Positions 28,650-38,559 of a stretch of DNA of 64,000 nt are shown in pieces (the first letter of the stretch is position 1; every line of letters begins with the position of its first letter). The translations under genes and the position numbers were made by a program. The notes under the pieces were generated by a model. It was not told where the DNA came from. It was given only the letters and a program-made list of their open reading frames with translations, and searched no databases. This DNA comes from Bacteroidales bacterium. GTDB lineage: Bacteria; Bacteroidota; Bacteroidia; Bacteroidales; UBA12077. The DNA lies in NCBI GenBank assembly GCA_028282585.1, contig JANQHR010000062.1, positions 6,916 to 70,915 on the forward strand, in the 5' to 3' direction.

Positions 28650-30671
28650 TCAAAAATTTTCGTAATCACCATTTATCTTTTTATCATTCATTTGCATATC
28701 AATACCAGCCGTTCTGTTATTACTTACCTTAACCTCTATTTTAGTTTCTTTAGGCTTATTTTCAGATGTCTTAAATTCTTTCTTCTTCTCCTCTATTTTG
28801 AAATAAGATATGTTTTGCTTAAGTTGTTCTGCCTGGCTTGCAAGTTCTTCTGAACTTGTTGCTAACTCTTCTGAAGACGCAGCATTTTGCTGTGTCACCT
28901 GATTAAGTTGTTGAATTGCACTATTTACTTGATCTGCTCCGGAATTTTGCTTTAAACTTGCCAAAGAGATTTCTTGAATAAATTTAACCGTTTTTTCAAT
29001 TTCAGGTACGATATCCAGCAACTGCTTTCCTGCCTCTTCTGAGATCTTTACTCCTTCCCGGGACAACTGATCAATTTCGTCAGCTGCTACTTTACTGCGT
29101 TCTGCAAGCTTTCGAACTTCGTTAGCAACAACTGCAAAACCTTTACCATGTTCTCCTGCCCGAGCTGCTTCCACAGCTGCATTTAATGCCAGAATATTTG
29201 TTTGAAAAGCAATATCATTAACAATTGTAATTTTTTCAGCAATTTTTTTCATTGCATTCATTGAAACTTCGGACGATGAGCTTCCCTTTTTAATACCTTC
29301 AGCAGTTTTTACGACAATTTGCTCGGTTTGCTGTGCATTTTTATTATTTTGCTGTGTATTTGAAACCATTTCTTGCATTGATGAAGAAACTTCTTCTGCT
29401 GAAGATGCTTGTTGATTTGCTCCTAGAGACATTTGTTGAGCGTTTGAACTCATTTCGTGGCTTGCAGAATTTATATTTTCTGCACTAATATTTACGCTTA
29501 CAACTATCTCCCTTAATTTCAATACCATTTGATTTAATGCATTTGCCAGGTCACCTATTTCATCTTTTTGTTTTATATCGAATGTAGCTACTAAATCGCC
29601 ACCTGCAACGTTTTGAGCAAAGATTACACCCTTTTTAAGGGCTGTTGTTATAGTTCTACTAATTAAAGAAACTATTACTGCTAATATTATAAGGCCAATT
29701 ACACCAATAAATATTGAAATTCTGAAATTTCTATTTGCCTTTGCCATAATCTCTGAAACTGGTACTGAAATTGCAAGGGACCATGGAGTGTTCGTTTTCC
29801 CAACATAAACTGGTGTGTATGTTACAAAATTCTCTTTACCATTTTTATCAACACCTATATAATTGAAACTTTCTCCGTTTCTTATTTGTTGAATAATATT
29901 TTGGTTTTTAACATCTTCTACATATATTTCCTGTATATGTTTACTTAAAAAATCTTTATTAGGATGTCCCGCTATTAATCCACCATTTGAAACCAAATAA
30001 GCAAAACTGCCTGTATAAGGATTAATCTCTTGTATTAATTTTTGGAAACTTTCCAAGGTAATATCTATAGCCACAATTCCAATGTATCTTCCGTTATCTA
30101 ATATGGGAGCATTAATACTTGTCATAAGAAATTTTTCTGCCTTATTTTCGGCAAAAACATCCTCATAAGGTTCCCAAATAGAGGGTTTAGTTCGCTTTTT
30201 TATCTCTGCATATAACTCAGGATCACCATCTAAACTTCTAAGTTCTGTGTTACTTTTTATCAAACCATTTTCTCTCCAATATATAATTACATACCTACCG
30301 GTTGGCTGATTCCATTCCGGGTCTATAGCGTTTAGTTCCCAGCTATCCCATAAACTATATATGTGAGGATTACTTGAGAATATTTCCTCGTACATTTTAG
30401 TAAATAACTCTTTCCATTGGTCTGTTGGTAAATATTTGTACGTTCTATATGCTTCAGCTAAAGTTTTAACTATTGATAAATCTGCATCAAGTTGGGCTTT
30501 TATATCTTTAGAAACTTCTTTTGCATAACTATTTGTTTTGTCAATAGCATCTTTATACGCTGATTTACGAGCATTAAGGCTAATATAACCCAAAGCTGAT
30601 ATGTATATAATTATTGAAACTCCTATAATAAACAATTGAACCTTTTGTTGAATTTTTAAATTTACCCTCAT
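28650..30671 (-). CDS. Methyl-accepting chemotaxis protein, double-Cache-type sensor
   Basis: 673 aa. TM1, a ~290-aa periplasmic Cache-like domain, TM2, HAMP, and an MCP signalling domain with the conserved hairpin ([37 protein letters not shown]). The C-terminus is ...GDYENF. Confidence 0.95.
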   Translation of the reverse strand: MRVNLKIQQKVQLFIIGVSIIIYISALGYISLNARKSAYKDAIDKTNSYAKEVSKDIKAQLDADLSIVKTLAEAYRTYKYLPTDQWKELFTKMYEEIFSSNPHIYSLWDSWELNAIDPEWNQPTGRYVIIYWRENGLIKSNTELRSLDGDPELYAEIKKRTKPSIWEPYEDVFAENKAEKFLMTSINAPILDNGRYIGIVAIDITLESFQKLIQEINPYTGSFAYLVSNGGLIAGHPNKDFLSKHIQEIYVEDVKNQNIIQQIRNGESFNYIGVDKNGKENFVTYTPVYVGKTNTPWSLAISVPVSEIMAKANRNFRISIFIGVIGLIILAVIVSLISRTITTALKKGVIFAQNVAGGDLVATFDIKQKDEIGDLANALNQMVLKLREIVVSVNISAENINSASHEMSSNAQQMSLGANQQASSAEEVSSSMQEMVSNTQQNNKNAQQTEQIVVKTAEGIKKGSSSSEVSMNAMKKIAEKITIVNDIAFQTNILALNAAVEAARAGEHGKGFAVVANEVRKLAERSKVAADEIDQLSREGVKISEEAGKQLLDIVPEIEKTVKFIQEISLASLKQNSGADQVNSAIQQLNQVTQQNAASSEELATSSEELASQAEQLKQNISYFKIEEKKKEFKTSENKPKETKIEVKVSNNRTAGIDMQMNDKKINGDYENF

Positions 30672-30755
30672 AGTAATTCACTTTTTAAGGTTAATCCATA
30701 TTGTTTCACATAATTGTTACATTTCACATTCTTATTGAACGTACACAATTAAAAA

Positions 30756-32798
30756 TCAGAAGCTTTCGTATTGATTATCAATCTTTTTATCATTCATATG
30801 CAAATCAATACCGGTCGTTTTATCATTGCTTGCTGTAACGTCTATTTTAGTTTCTTTTGGCTTGTTTTCAGATATCTTAAATTTTTTCTTCTTCTCTCCT
30901 ATTTTAAAATAGGATATGTTTTGCTTAAGTTGTTCTGCCTGGCCTGCAAGTTCCTCTGAACTAGTTGCTAATTCTTCAGAAGCTGCAGCATTTTGTTGAG
31001 TAACCTGATTCAACTGCTGAATTGCGCTATTTACCTGATCTGAACCGGAATTTTGCTCTAAACTTGCGGCAGAAATTTCTTGAACCAGTTTTGCTGTTTT
31101 ATCAATTTCAGGAGTAATCTCTTCCATTCGCTTTGCTACCTCTTCATTTACGGTTACACTTGATTTTGATAATACGTCTATTTCATCAGCTGCTACTTTA
31201 CTTCGTTCTGCGAGTTTTCGAACTTCGTTAGCAACTACAGCAAAGCCTTTTCCATGTTCACCAGCACGAGCTGCCTCTACTGCAGCATTTAACGCTAAAA
31301 TATTAGTTTGGAAAGCTATATCATTTATAATTGATATTTTTTCAGCAATATTGTTAATCGATTTTCTGTTTTCCTGAGCTGCATGCATAACTGCTATCAT
31401 GCCTTCTGCAGCTTTTATAGATATCTTTTCTGTTTGTTGAGCGTTATCCGTATTCTGTTGAATATTTGAAGCCATCTCTTCCATCGAAGAAGAAACTTCC
31501 TCTGCAGAAGATGCCTGCTCACTTGCTCCTTGAGACATTTGTTGAGAATTTGAACTCATTTCCAAACTGGCGCCTGCAATATTGTCAGCGCTCGTTTCAA
31601 CACTTTCAACAATTTCCTGAAGTTTAATAACCATTGAATTTAATGAATTTGCAAGCACTCCTACCTCATCTTCCTGGTCAATATCAATAGTTGCTGTCAA
31701 ATCACCTTCAGAAACTCTTTGTGCAAACTCAACGCCCTTATTTATAGCTTTCGCTACATTTCTAACAACACTGGTAACTATGAAAATAAATATTAATACT
31801 GCAATAACAACTGATGCAAAGACTGTTAATCTTAAGCTCCTTAAATATTTAAAAAGAATCTCTTCATAAAAAGATGCAACTACATATGAATCTATTTCAG
31901 GTATATATTCAAAATATTGAAATTTCCACTTGCCTTCATCCGTTTCGGGCCATTTATATCTTGATTTACCTTTCCTATCCTCATTGGCTTTAATCTGTTT
32001 ATAAAAAGTAAATTCAGTACCTTCCTTACCTTCGTCTGTTGGGTGAACAATAAAAGTACCATCAGCACTAATTAAAAATGGGTAACCTGTTTCAAAATAA
32101 ATTTTATTATCGAAAACCCCTTTTAAACTAATTAAATTTTTTTCCTTTATACCTACATATAATATTCCTTGTACTTCTCCATTAATCCAAATTGGTTCAT
32201 AAGCCGTAAGATAATAATCATCAACAACAAAAGCTCTACCTCTGTATGTTTGCCCTGATTCAACTGCCTGAATTACAGGTGAATTGTTTGGGATATAAGT
32301 ACCAATAGCTCTTTCTCCATTTTCTTTTAATACATTTGTTGATATTCTTAAATATCCACCAGGGATTTTCTGAAATATGGTAGAAGTAGCACCTGTCATC
32401 TCTTGTACCTTATCAACAAAGGAATAATTATTGTAGATTCTTTCACCTCCAATTATAAAGTCTTTGATTGTAATTTGTGTAGCATGTTTAGATATTTGAT
32501 TTATCGCAGTAACCTGAGAAAATGTATCTTCCATAGAAGGCTCACCTAAGCCCTGAAACATTTCATGTGCCGTTTTTAAAGCATAATTTACTCTATTTTG
32601 CCTTTCATTCAACTGAACTTTAATAATGCTAACTAAATCACCAAGTTGTTCATACATTCTTATATCCGCATCTTCAGTGATTCTAGTTTTAGTATCTTTA
32701 TAAGTTAAAATACCAAGTGTAGAGATCACAATAACAGTTGCTAAACCTAATATAAGGTTTAGTCGAAGCCCTATTTTTAAATTGTTTAATGATTTCAT
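30756..32798 (-). CDS. Methyl-accepting chemotaxis protein, Cache_3/Cache_2-type sensor
   Basis: 680 aa with the same membrane topology but a different periplasmic domain (...[19 protein letters not shown]...RAIGTYI...). The HAMP and signalling domains are nearly identical to the neighbouring MCP. The C-terminus is ...NQYESF. Confidence 0.95.
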   Translation of the reverse strand: MKSLNNLKIGLRLNLILGLATVIVISTLGILTYKDTKTRITEDADIRMYEQLGDLVSIIKVQLNERQNRVNYALKTAHEMFQGLGEPSMEDTFSQVTAINQISKHATQITIKDFIIGGERIYNNYSFVDKVQEMTGATSTIFQKIPGGYLRISTNVLKENGERAIGTYIPNNSPVIQAVESGQTYRGRAFVVDDYYLTAYEPIWINGEVQGILYVGIKEKNLISLKGVFDNKIYFETGYPFLISADGTFIVHPTDEGKEGTEFTFYKQIKANEDRKGKSRYKWPETDEGKWKFQYFEYIPEIDSYVVASFYEEILFKYLRSLRLTVFASVVIAVLIFIFIVTSVVRNVAKAINKGVEFAQRVSEGDLTATIDIDQEDEVGVLANSLNSMVIKLQEIVESVETSADNIAGASLEMSSNSQQMSQGASEQASSAEEVSSSMEEMASNIQQNTDNAQQTEKISIKAAEGMIAVMHAAQENRKSINNIAEKISIINDIAFQTNILALNAAVEAARAGEHGKGFAVVANEVRKLAERSKVAADEIDVLSKSSVTVNEEVAKRMEEITPEIDKTAKLVQEISAASLEQNSGSDQVNSAIQQLNQVTQQNAAASEELATSSEELAGQAEQLKQNISYFKIGEKKKKFKISENKPKETKIDVTASNDKTTGIDLHMNDKKIDNQYESF

Positions 32799-32849
32799 AT
32801 CTCTAGTTTTTTTACTAGTTATAATTCTTAGTTTGTTGTTGTTAGGAGT

Positions 32850-33365
32850 TTACTCTTTGTTTTCTATCTTTTTTTCTCCTTCCTGAGTTTTTTCTTTAAC
32901 AAGTACAACTTCATCTACCGAGAATACTTTATCCATATCTAAAAGCATAATAAATTTCTCGTCTATCTTTGCCATTCCATAAATAAAATCCGATTTATAT
33001 TTGCTTCCGATACCCGGAGATGGCTGAATTTGATTATCAGCAATTTCAAGAACCGCCTGAACCGAATCAACCAGGGCTCCAACCTGTACCTCATCGCCCT
33101 CGATATTTACTTCCATTACTATTATACATGTGTTAGTGGTATATTCGGTAGGTGTCATACCGAATTTTATTCTTGTATCAACTACTGGTAAAACCGTACC
33201 TCTAAGATTGATAACTCCTTTCATATATTCTGGCGATTTCGGAACTTCTGTAATTTTTGTCATCTCTAAAATATTGAGAACTTTACTTACGTGAGCAGCA
33301 AATTCTTCCTCGCCTAAATTAAATGATAGGAAAGAGTTAACTTTTTCTATTGTTTCTTTACTCAT
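32850..33365 (-). CDS. cheW: Chemotaxis coupling protein CheW
   Basis: 171 aa single CheW-like domain (...GVINLRGTVLPVVD.R..FG...). Confidence 0.9.
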   Translation of the reverse strand: MSKETIEKVNSFLSFNLGEEEFAAHVSKVLNILEMTKITEVPKSPEYMKGVINLRGTVLPVVDTRIKFGMTPTEYTTNTCIIVMEVNIEGDEVQVGALVDSVQAVLEIADNQIQPSPGIGSKYKSDFIYGMAKIDEKFIMLLDMDKVFSVDEVVLVKEKTQEGEKKIENKE

Positions 33366-33374
33366 AATTGTCTC

Positions 33375-35438
33375 CTATTTTGATTCTGTTTTTAGATTAT
33401 CTTTTGAAAATTGTAATATCATTTTGTTAGTATCCATTACCAATGCGACTGTCCCATCACCAAGAATTGTAGCACCCGAGATAATCTCCTGATTTTTAAA
33501 CAATTTACCTAGTGCCTTTAAAACAGCTTGATATTCTCCAACTACTTCATCCACAACAATTCCTATTTTTTTGTCTTCATAACTTACAACAATTATTTGT
33601 TCATGCTCTTCTTTATTATTAGGAAGATTAAATTCTTCCCGTAAATAATAAAACGGAATTCGTTCTCCATCAAGAACAATTAAGTTATTAAATTTATTTA
33701 CTACACTTTCCTGGTCGGTAGAATATATTTTGCCAACAACAGAAAGTGGAATAATATAATGGTTATCGGAAATTTTAACTAGTAAGCCATCGATAATGGA
33801 TAATGTTAGTGGTAATTTTATTGTAATTGTAGTACCTTCATTAATTTCTGAATCAACTTCAACTTCACCCCTAACTTCAGCAAGTTTTCGTTTAACTACA
33901 TCCATACCAACCCCTCTGCCTGATACATCAGTTACGTTCTTGGCCGTAGAAAAACCAGGTTCAAATAATAGGTCAAAAATTTCCTTACGGGATAATTCTG
34001 CATCTTTACTTATTAAGCCTTTTTCAACTCCCTTTAATCTTATTTTTTCCGGATCAATTCCGGCACCATCATCTTTAATTTTTATATGAACATTAGTTCC
34101 TGAATAGTATGCTTTTAAAAGAATCGTACCTTGTTCGGGTTTACCTGATTTAATTCTTTCATCAGGTGACTCAATACCATGATCAATACAATTTCTTAAA
34201 ATATGTAATAACGGATCAGTTAATGTTTCGATAATGGTTTTATCTAATTCTGTTTCTGCACCTTCTGCTATAAATTTTACACTTTTATTTAATTCATTCG
34301 AAAGGTCTCGAACTAATCTTTGAAAACGGGTTAACATCGTTTCGATTGGAACTAAAACAATATCAAACGCATTATCTCTTAATTGTCGGGTTATTTTTTG
34401 CACATTTTCCGCTATAGAAACCAGTTCCGAACTTCCTGAGTTTTCAGCATATAGGCTTAAGCGGGCCTGCGTAGTTACAAGTTCACTTACCAGGTTCATC
34501 AAATTGTCCAGTTTTATAGATGAAACCCGAATACTTGATATAATATTTTCCTTTACACTAGGCGCATTTGTAAATCTTTTACTAACATCATCTACTTGCT
34601 CGTCTGATATTTTTTGCTCAGCATATTTCTTAATGATCGTTTGAATTTCTAATAACCCAACATCGTTTTTAGATAAAGCAAGATTTGATATTTCTTGCAT
34701 AATATTTTCGTTTTGAACGATATTATGATCAACAATCTCGTTAATCTCAAGCTTACAATCATCTTCAACAAAAATGAAAACATCTGATATTGAATTTACG
34801 TCTTCTGAAGTTGCCAAAATAGCTTCCCAGTATACATAACATCTGGTTATATCAATATTTTCAGAATCAGGCACTTTATTAAAATGAGAAAACACTTTAC
34901 AATCACCTAACCCATGTAATTCATCAATTAAGAACAATGGGTTCGTACCATCATTAAAAATATAATCGTTGGGCTCGAAATATATATAATAACTCCGTAT
35001 CCCGGAAGATTCTTTTTCATACTCCCCTTTTTCTTCCCGAATATTATTTTTATTGTCGTCGTCAATTATTTTTTTGATTTGCACAACCAGTTCGGTGTGT
35101 CTGTTTTTTGTCTGTTGCGAACTTAAATCAGGATCAGATAAAAGAGTTTTAAGATGATCAACAGATGCTAACGTAACATCAAGTAAATTTCTTGTGATTT
35201 TTAATTTACCATTTCGGACTAAATCATAAATATTTTCCAAATCATGCGTGAATTCACTTAATTTGGCAAATCCAAACATGGCACCACCACCTTTAAGTGA
35301 ATGCATATCCCTGAAAACACTCTCAATAATTTCTTTATTTTCCGCATCATTCTCTAAAGCAAGAAGAGATTGTTCAAGGTTTTCAGTCTTTTCAGCTGCC
35401 TCTTCAAGAAATTTACTTCGAAATTTATCTATATTCAT
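33375..35438 (-). CDS. cheA: Chemotaxis histidine kinase CheA
   Basis: 687 aa. Hpt domain (FRDMHSLKGGGAMFGF), dimerisation region, HATPase (HILRNCIDHGIE, DDGAGID, GRGVGMDVV) and a C-terminal CheW-like domain. Confidence 0.95.
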   Translation of the reverse strand: MNIDKFRSKFLEEAAEKTENLEQSLLALENDAENKEIIESVFRDMHSLKGGGAMFGFAKLSEFTHDLENIYDLVRNGKLKITRNLLDVTLASVDHLKTLLSDPDLSSQQTKNRHTELVVQIKKIIDDDNKNNIREEKGEYEKESSGIRSYYIYFEPNDYIFNDGTNPLFLIDELHGLGDCKVFSHFNKVPDSENIDITRCYVYWEAILATSEDVNSISDVFIFVEDDCKLEINEIVDHNIVQNENIMQEISNLALSKNDVGLLEIQTIIKKYAEQKISDEQVDDVSKRFTNAPSVKENIISSIRVSSIKLDNLMNLVSELVTTQARLSLYAENSGSSELVSIAENVQKITRQLRDNAFDIVLVPIETMLTRFQRLVRDLSNELNKSVKFIAEGAETELDKTIIETLTDPLLHILRNCIDHGIESPDERIKSGKPEQGTILLKAYYSGTNVHIKIKDDGAGIDPEKIRLKGVEKGLISKDAELSRKEIFDLLFEPGFSTAKNVTDVSGRGVGMDVVKRKLAEVRGEVEVDSEINEGTTITIKLPLTLSIIDGLLVKISDNHYIIPLSVVGKIYSTDQESVVNKFNNLIVLDGERIPFYYLREEFNLPNNKEEHEQIIVVSYEDKKIGIVVDEVVGEYQAVLKALGKLFKNQEIISGATILGDGTVALVMDTNKMILQFSKDNLKTESK

Positions 35439-35803
35439 TATCTTAATACTTTTTTAAGTGCTGCAATTAGTTTGGCAGGTACAAATGGTTTAATAATCCA
35501 TCCGGTTGCTCCAGCTTCCTTGGCTTCCATTTTTTTAGAAGCCTGAGACTCAGTAGTAAGAAATAAGATTGGAATTCGCTTATATTGATCCGTTGCGCGA
35601 ACGCTTTTTATAAACTCAATACCATTCATTTCAGGCATGTGAAGGTCGGTTATTATTAAATCGATATGTGAACCGTCCAGAAATTTTAAAGCGTCTTTTC
35701 CATCCACTCCGACTAATACATCGTAACCCTCATTTTTAAGAGTGAAGCTTACAACTTCACGTATACTTTCTGAGTCATCGACAATTAAGATAGTTTTACT
35801 CAT
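35438..35803 (-). CDS. cheY: Chemotaxis response regulator CheY
   Basis: 121 aa single receiver domain (ILIVDDS, DLIITDLHMPEMNG, T at LTTES, K at IIKPF). The stop overlaps the cheA start by 1 nt. Confidence 0.9.
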   Translation of the reverse strand: MSKTILIVDDSESIREVVSFTLKNEGYDVLVGVDGKDALKFLDGSHIDLIITDLHMPEMNGIEFIKSVRATDQYKRIPILFLTTESQASKKMEAKEAGATGWIIKPFVPAKLIAALKKVLR

Positions 35804-35816
35804 AATAATATCAATA

Positions 35817-36134
35817 TTATTTAATTATTTTTGTAATATCTGAATTACTGAACAGAACATTCTGTTCTTCATTTAAATCAATGTTTAAAATCAAATTCTT
35901 TTTAGTTTTTTCAGCAGTTTTTTGAATTGATTTTATCAACTGAACAAAGGTTAAATCCATATTCTTTATTGACTTTCCAATAATTTCGATAGTTTCGTAT
36001 TTGTTTACTGCATTTATTATATCATTTTTAATATCCTCAATTGAATATATGGTAAGCTCATCAATTAAATTGATTTCTACTTTACTTTCTCCTTTTTTTC
36101 TTGAGGGTTTAATCTGAATTTTCTTTGTACTCAT
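35817..36134 (-). CDS. Small STAS-like domain protein (anti-sigma-antagonist fold)
   Basis: 105 aa. The pattern L.G.LTI..I..IK..I.......IEI.......MDLTFVQLI...QK.A......L.L resembles STAS/SpoIIAA. Assigned by eye only. Confidence 0.5.
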   Translation of the reverse strand: MSTKKIQIKPSRKKGESKVEINLIDELTIYSIEDIKNDIINAVNKYETIEIIGKSIKNMDLTFVQLIKSIQKTAEKTKKNLILNIDLNEEQNVLFSNSDITKIIK

Positions 36135-36146
36135 AAGATCGTTATT

Positions 36147-37961
36147 TTAGAAAAACTCTATTTCATCATCTTCTTTAATATCAAAATCTATTTCAGCTTC
36201 TTCTCCTTTAGCAACTTTGTCATGAATGTTATGCTCCGTTTCCATGGTATAATATTGCTTAATATTTTCCAGATTCTCTTCTCTTGAAATTCCGTCAAGC
36301 TCCTTATTTAACTTAAGTTTATAATTCACTGTATTTAACTCTGTAATAATTTCCTGAATTACCTTTTCGAAATACTCATAGTATTTAATTCTTGAAATAG
36401 AATTTTTAATATTTTTAATTACTACTTTGCTATCGTTGTTATTATTTTGTAGAAGCGTTTCAATCTCATTCCCGGAAGCTTTCAACAAGTCAATTTGAGT
36501 TCTTAGTTCTGAAAAATTAGTTTCACTCAATAAACCTTGATCTGTTTTATTTACAAATCCTTCAATATTATCTTTTAATGTAAACAAATAGTCGTATAAT
36601 GAATTAAGTTTTTGTGAATTATCTTTTGTTTCTTTCAGCAAATTAATGAATTGGCTATTTGCCTTTTTTAGGTTTGAATCACTATTAAAAAGTTCCTCAA
36701 AATATTTTTTTGATTCGTTCAGCAATTCTTCTAACTTAAAAGATGATTTTCTAAAGTTTTCAATAATGTTCTCTGACTGAAGGTACTTATCGTGAATATT
36801 ATTTAGTTCTGCATCAAGAATCTTAGTTTGATGGTTATAATTGTCGATAAATAAGTTTGCTTTATTAATATAAGAATCAATTCGTTCAAACATTCTATTA
36901 TAGTTAACTTTTCCGTATGAATAAACTCTTTGAGACTTATATGTAATTTCCTGGATATTATCTCCGATTAGAATAAAATTATCAATAATAACCTCTATTG
37001 CGGATTGATACTCTTTATTTGCCTGTATTAACTGTGCAGCTTGTAATCCGGAAATATCTCGTATTCTTAAAAAACATTTTACTTTTTCATTTAGTTTATT
37101 TGCTTCTAAATTGGTTTCATTAAACTCAACAAGTTCCTTAATTAGATCTTTATGCGTATTCTGGATATGCTCCATCTTTTGTTTTATAATGTCCTGATAT
37201 TGAAGCTTTTTTACTATTTCCGTGTTACTATTTTCTAAACTTCCTATTTTTTCTTTTATATTAGGAATTAAGTTTTTGTTATCCTCATTTTTTTTATCGA
37301 TCAGTTCAATGCTTGATTGAATTTCTTTTAATAAGCTTTCAAGATTTACTTCATGTAATCCATTTAAATCCTTAATTCTTTTGTAAGAACTTTTAGCAAT
37401 TTTACTTAACTGATTAAATGAGTTAATAATATTATCGGTAATAAGCTTAATACTTTCAATTAACTTTTCGGTTTGCAAATAAATATTTTCCAAATATTCG
37501 TTTTCTGATCCTTTGCTATATGAAAGGGATACTTTTAAATTTGCAATTAAGTAATTTAAGCTCATTAAATTTTGGCTATAACTTTTGATTGGGAAAAAAA
37601 TATGTCTTATATGATTAGATAACTTCTCTAACTGATCAGATATAACAACGATTCTATAATCCAGAACTTCAAACTGGATCTTCAATTTTTCGTATAGCTC
37701 ATTAATTATTTGATAAAGATTATTGTTTTTATTAATATTTGAAGTATTACAAACTACTCCAACATTATTAGTTATTCGGTTAGACTGGCTATAAATTTCT
37801 TTATAACTTTTGTTCAACTGCAAAAAATCCTCTGCTGACTTATTATGTAATGATATTAATCTCTTATCTATTTTTGTAAATAGATCTGTAATATCCTTAA
37901 CCGAATAAGTTTTCAGCAGTGAATTTAGATGTATAGTAAATTCTTCTTCTCGTTCAGACAT
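36147..37961 (-). CDS. 604-aa soluble coiled-coil protein of the che operon with a CheZ-like [FY]QDxxxQ motif
   Basis: Long N/K/E/L-rich helical protein with no TM segment. Contains KKLQYQDIIKQKMEHIQ (Asp257, Gln261; nt 37161-37206) and an acidic C-terminal tail ...EEAEIDFDIKEDDEIEFF. Confidence 0.6.
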   Translation of the reverse strand: MSEREEEFTIHLNSLLKTYSVKDITDLFTKIDKRLISLHNKSAEDFLQLNKSYKEIYSQSNRITNNVGVVCNTSNINKNNNLYQIINELYEKLKIQFEVLDYRIVVISDQLEKLSNHIRHIFFPIKSYSQNLMSLNYLIANLKVSLSYSKGSENEYLENIYLQTEKLIESIKLITDNIINSFNQLSKIAKSSYKRIKDLNGLHEVNLESLLKEIQSSIELIDKKNEDNKNLIPNIKEKIGSLENSNTEIVKKLQYQDIIKQKMEHIQNTHKDLIKELVEFNETNLEANKLNEKVKCFLRIRDISGLQAAQLIQANKEYQSAIEVIIDNFILIGDNIQEITYKSQRVYSYGKVNYNRMFERIDSYINKANLFIDNYNHQTKILDAELNNIHDKYLQSENIIENFRKSSFKLEELLNESKKYFEELFNSDSNLKKANSQFINLLKETKDNSQKLNSLYDYLFTLKDNIEGFVNKTDQGLLSETNFSELRTQIDLLKASGNEIETLLQNNNNDSKVVIKNIKNSISRIKYYEYFEKVIQEIITELNTVNYKLKLNKELDGISREENLENIKQYYTMETEHNIHDKVAKGEEAEIDFDIKEDDEIEFF

Positions 37962-37982
37962 GTTAATTCAAATAAAGAAATA

Positions 37983-38363
37983 TTATGCTTTTATTGTTAA
38001 CGCATTACCTATTTTCTCAAGAAATTCCGGAATATTAATAGGTTTTTCAATCACATCAATAGCTCCTAATTCTTTTGCCATCAATCTATTTTCTTTATTG
38101 GCAAAAGCTGTAACAATAATTATAGGTATATCTTTAAAAATTCCATTTGACTTTAGTCTTTTCAATAAATCAAATCCGTTTTCATTCGGCATAAGCAGAT
38201 CTAACAAAATTAGATTAGGAATGCTTCTTGTTAAAGAAACAAGTGCCTCTTTAGCACTATAAGCCTTTTCTACATTACATCCAGCATCTTCCAGAATAGC
38301 CTCTAACAAAACCAAATTAGTTTCTGAATCATCCACAATAAGTATGTTATTTCCTTTTATCAT
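37983..38363 (-). CDS. Single-domain response regulator (receiver only), first gene of the che operon
   Basis: 126 aa (ILIVDDSE, LILLDLLMPNENG, IIVTA, EKP). Confidence 0.9.
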   Translation of the reverse strand: MIKGNNILIVDDSETNLVLLEAILEDAGCNVEKAYSAKEALVSLTRSIPNLILLDLLMPNENGFDLLKRLKSNGIFKDIPIIIVTAFANKENRLMAKELGAIDVIEKPINIPEFLEKIGNALTIKA

Positions 38364-38479
38364 AATGTATAATTTTTATTCAAATGTTATAAAAACGCTC
38401 TTTCTAAATTAACAATGTAAAAGTAAGGATTGAACATAATTGCATACAAATAAAACATGATGACATAGATTACCACGAA

Positions 38480-38496
38480 GTGATGATTTAAATCAC
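38480..38496. promoter_or_regulatory. Palindrome GTGAT-N7-ATCAC in the divergent che / crp-like promoter region; possible Crp/Fnr-family operator
   Basis: Seen directly as GTGATGATTTAAATCAC, ~64 nt upstream of the Crp-family gene start and ~117 nt upstream of the che operon start. The half-sites resemble the TGTGA/TCACA class, but the spacing is not canonical. Confidence 0.25.
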
Positions 38497-38559
38497 CAAA
38501 AATAATAATGATGAGGAGTTTTCAAAAGAATTTAATAAATTTACGGAAATGGCAACCTT

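Noticed and set aside
30771-35457. ORFs 30771-30959, 33796-34089 and 35248-35457 (+) within the MCP and cheA genes
   Set aside because: Antisense shadow ORFs.
37960-38262. 100-aa plus-strand ORF over the first receiver gene
   Set aside because: Antisense to a canonical receiver domain CDS.
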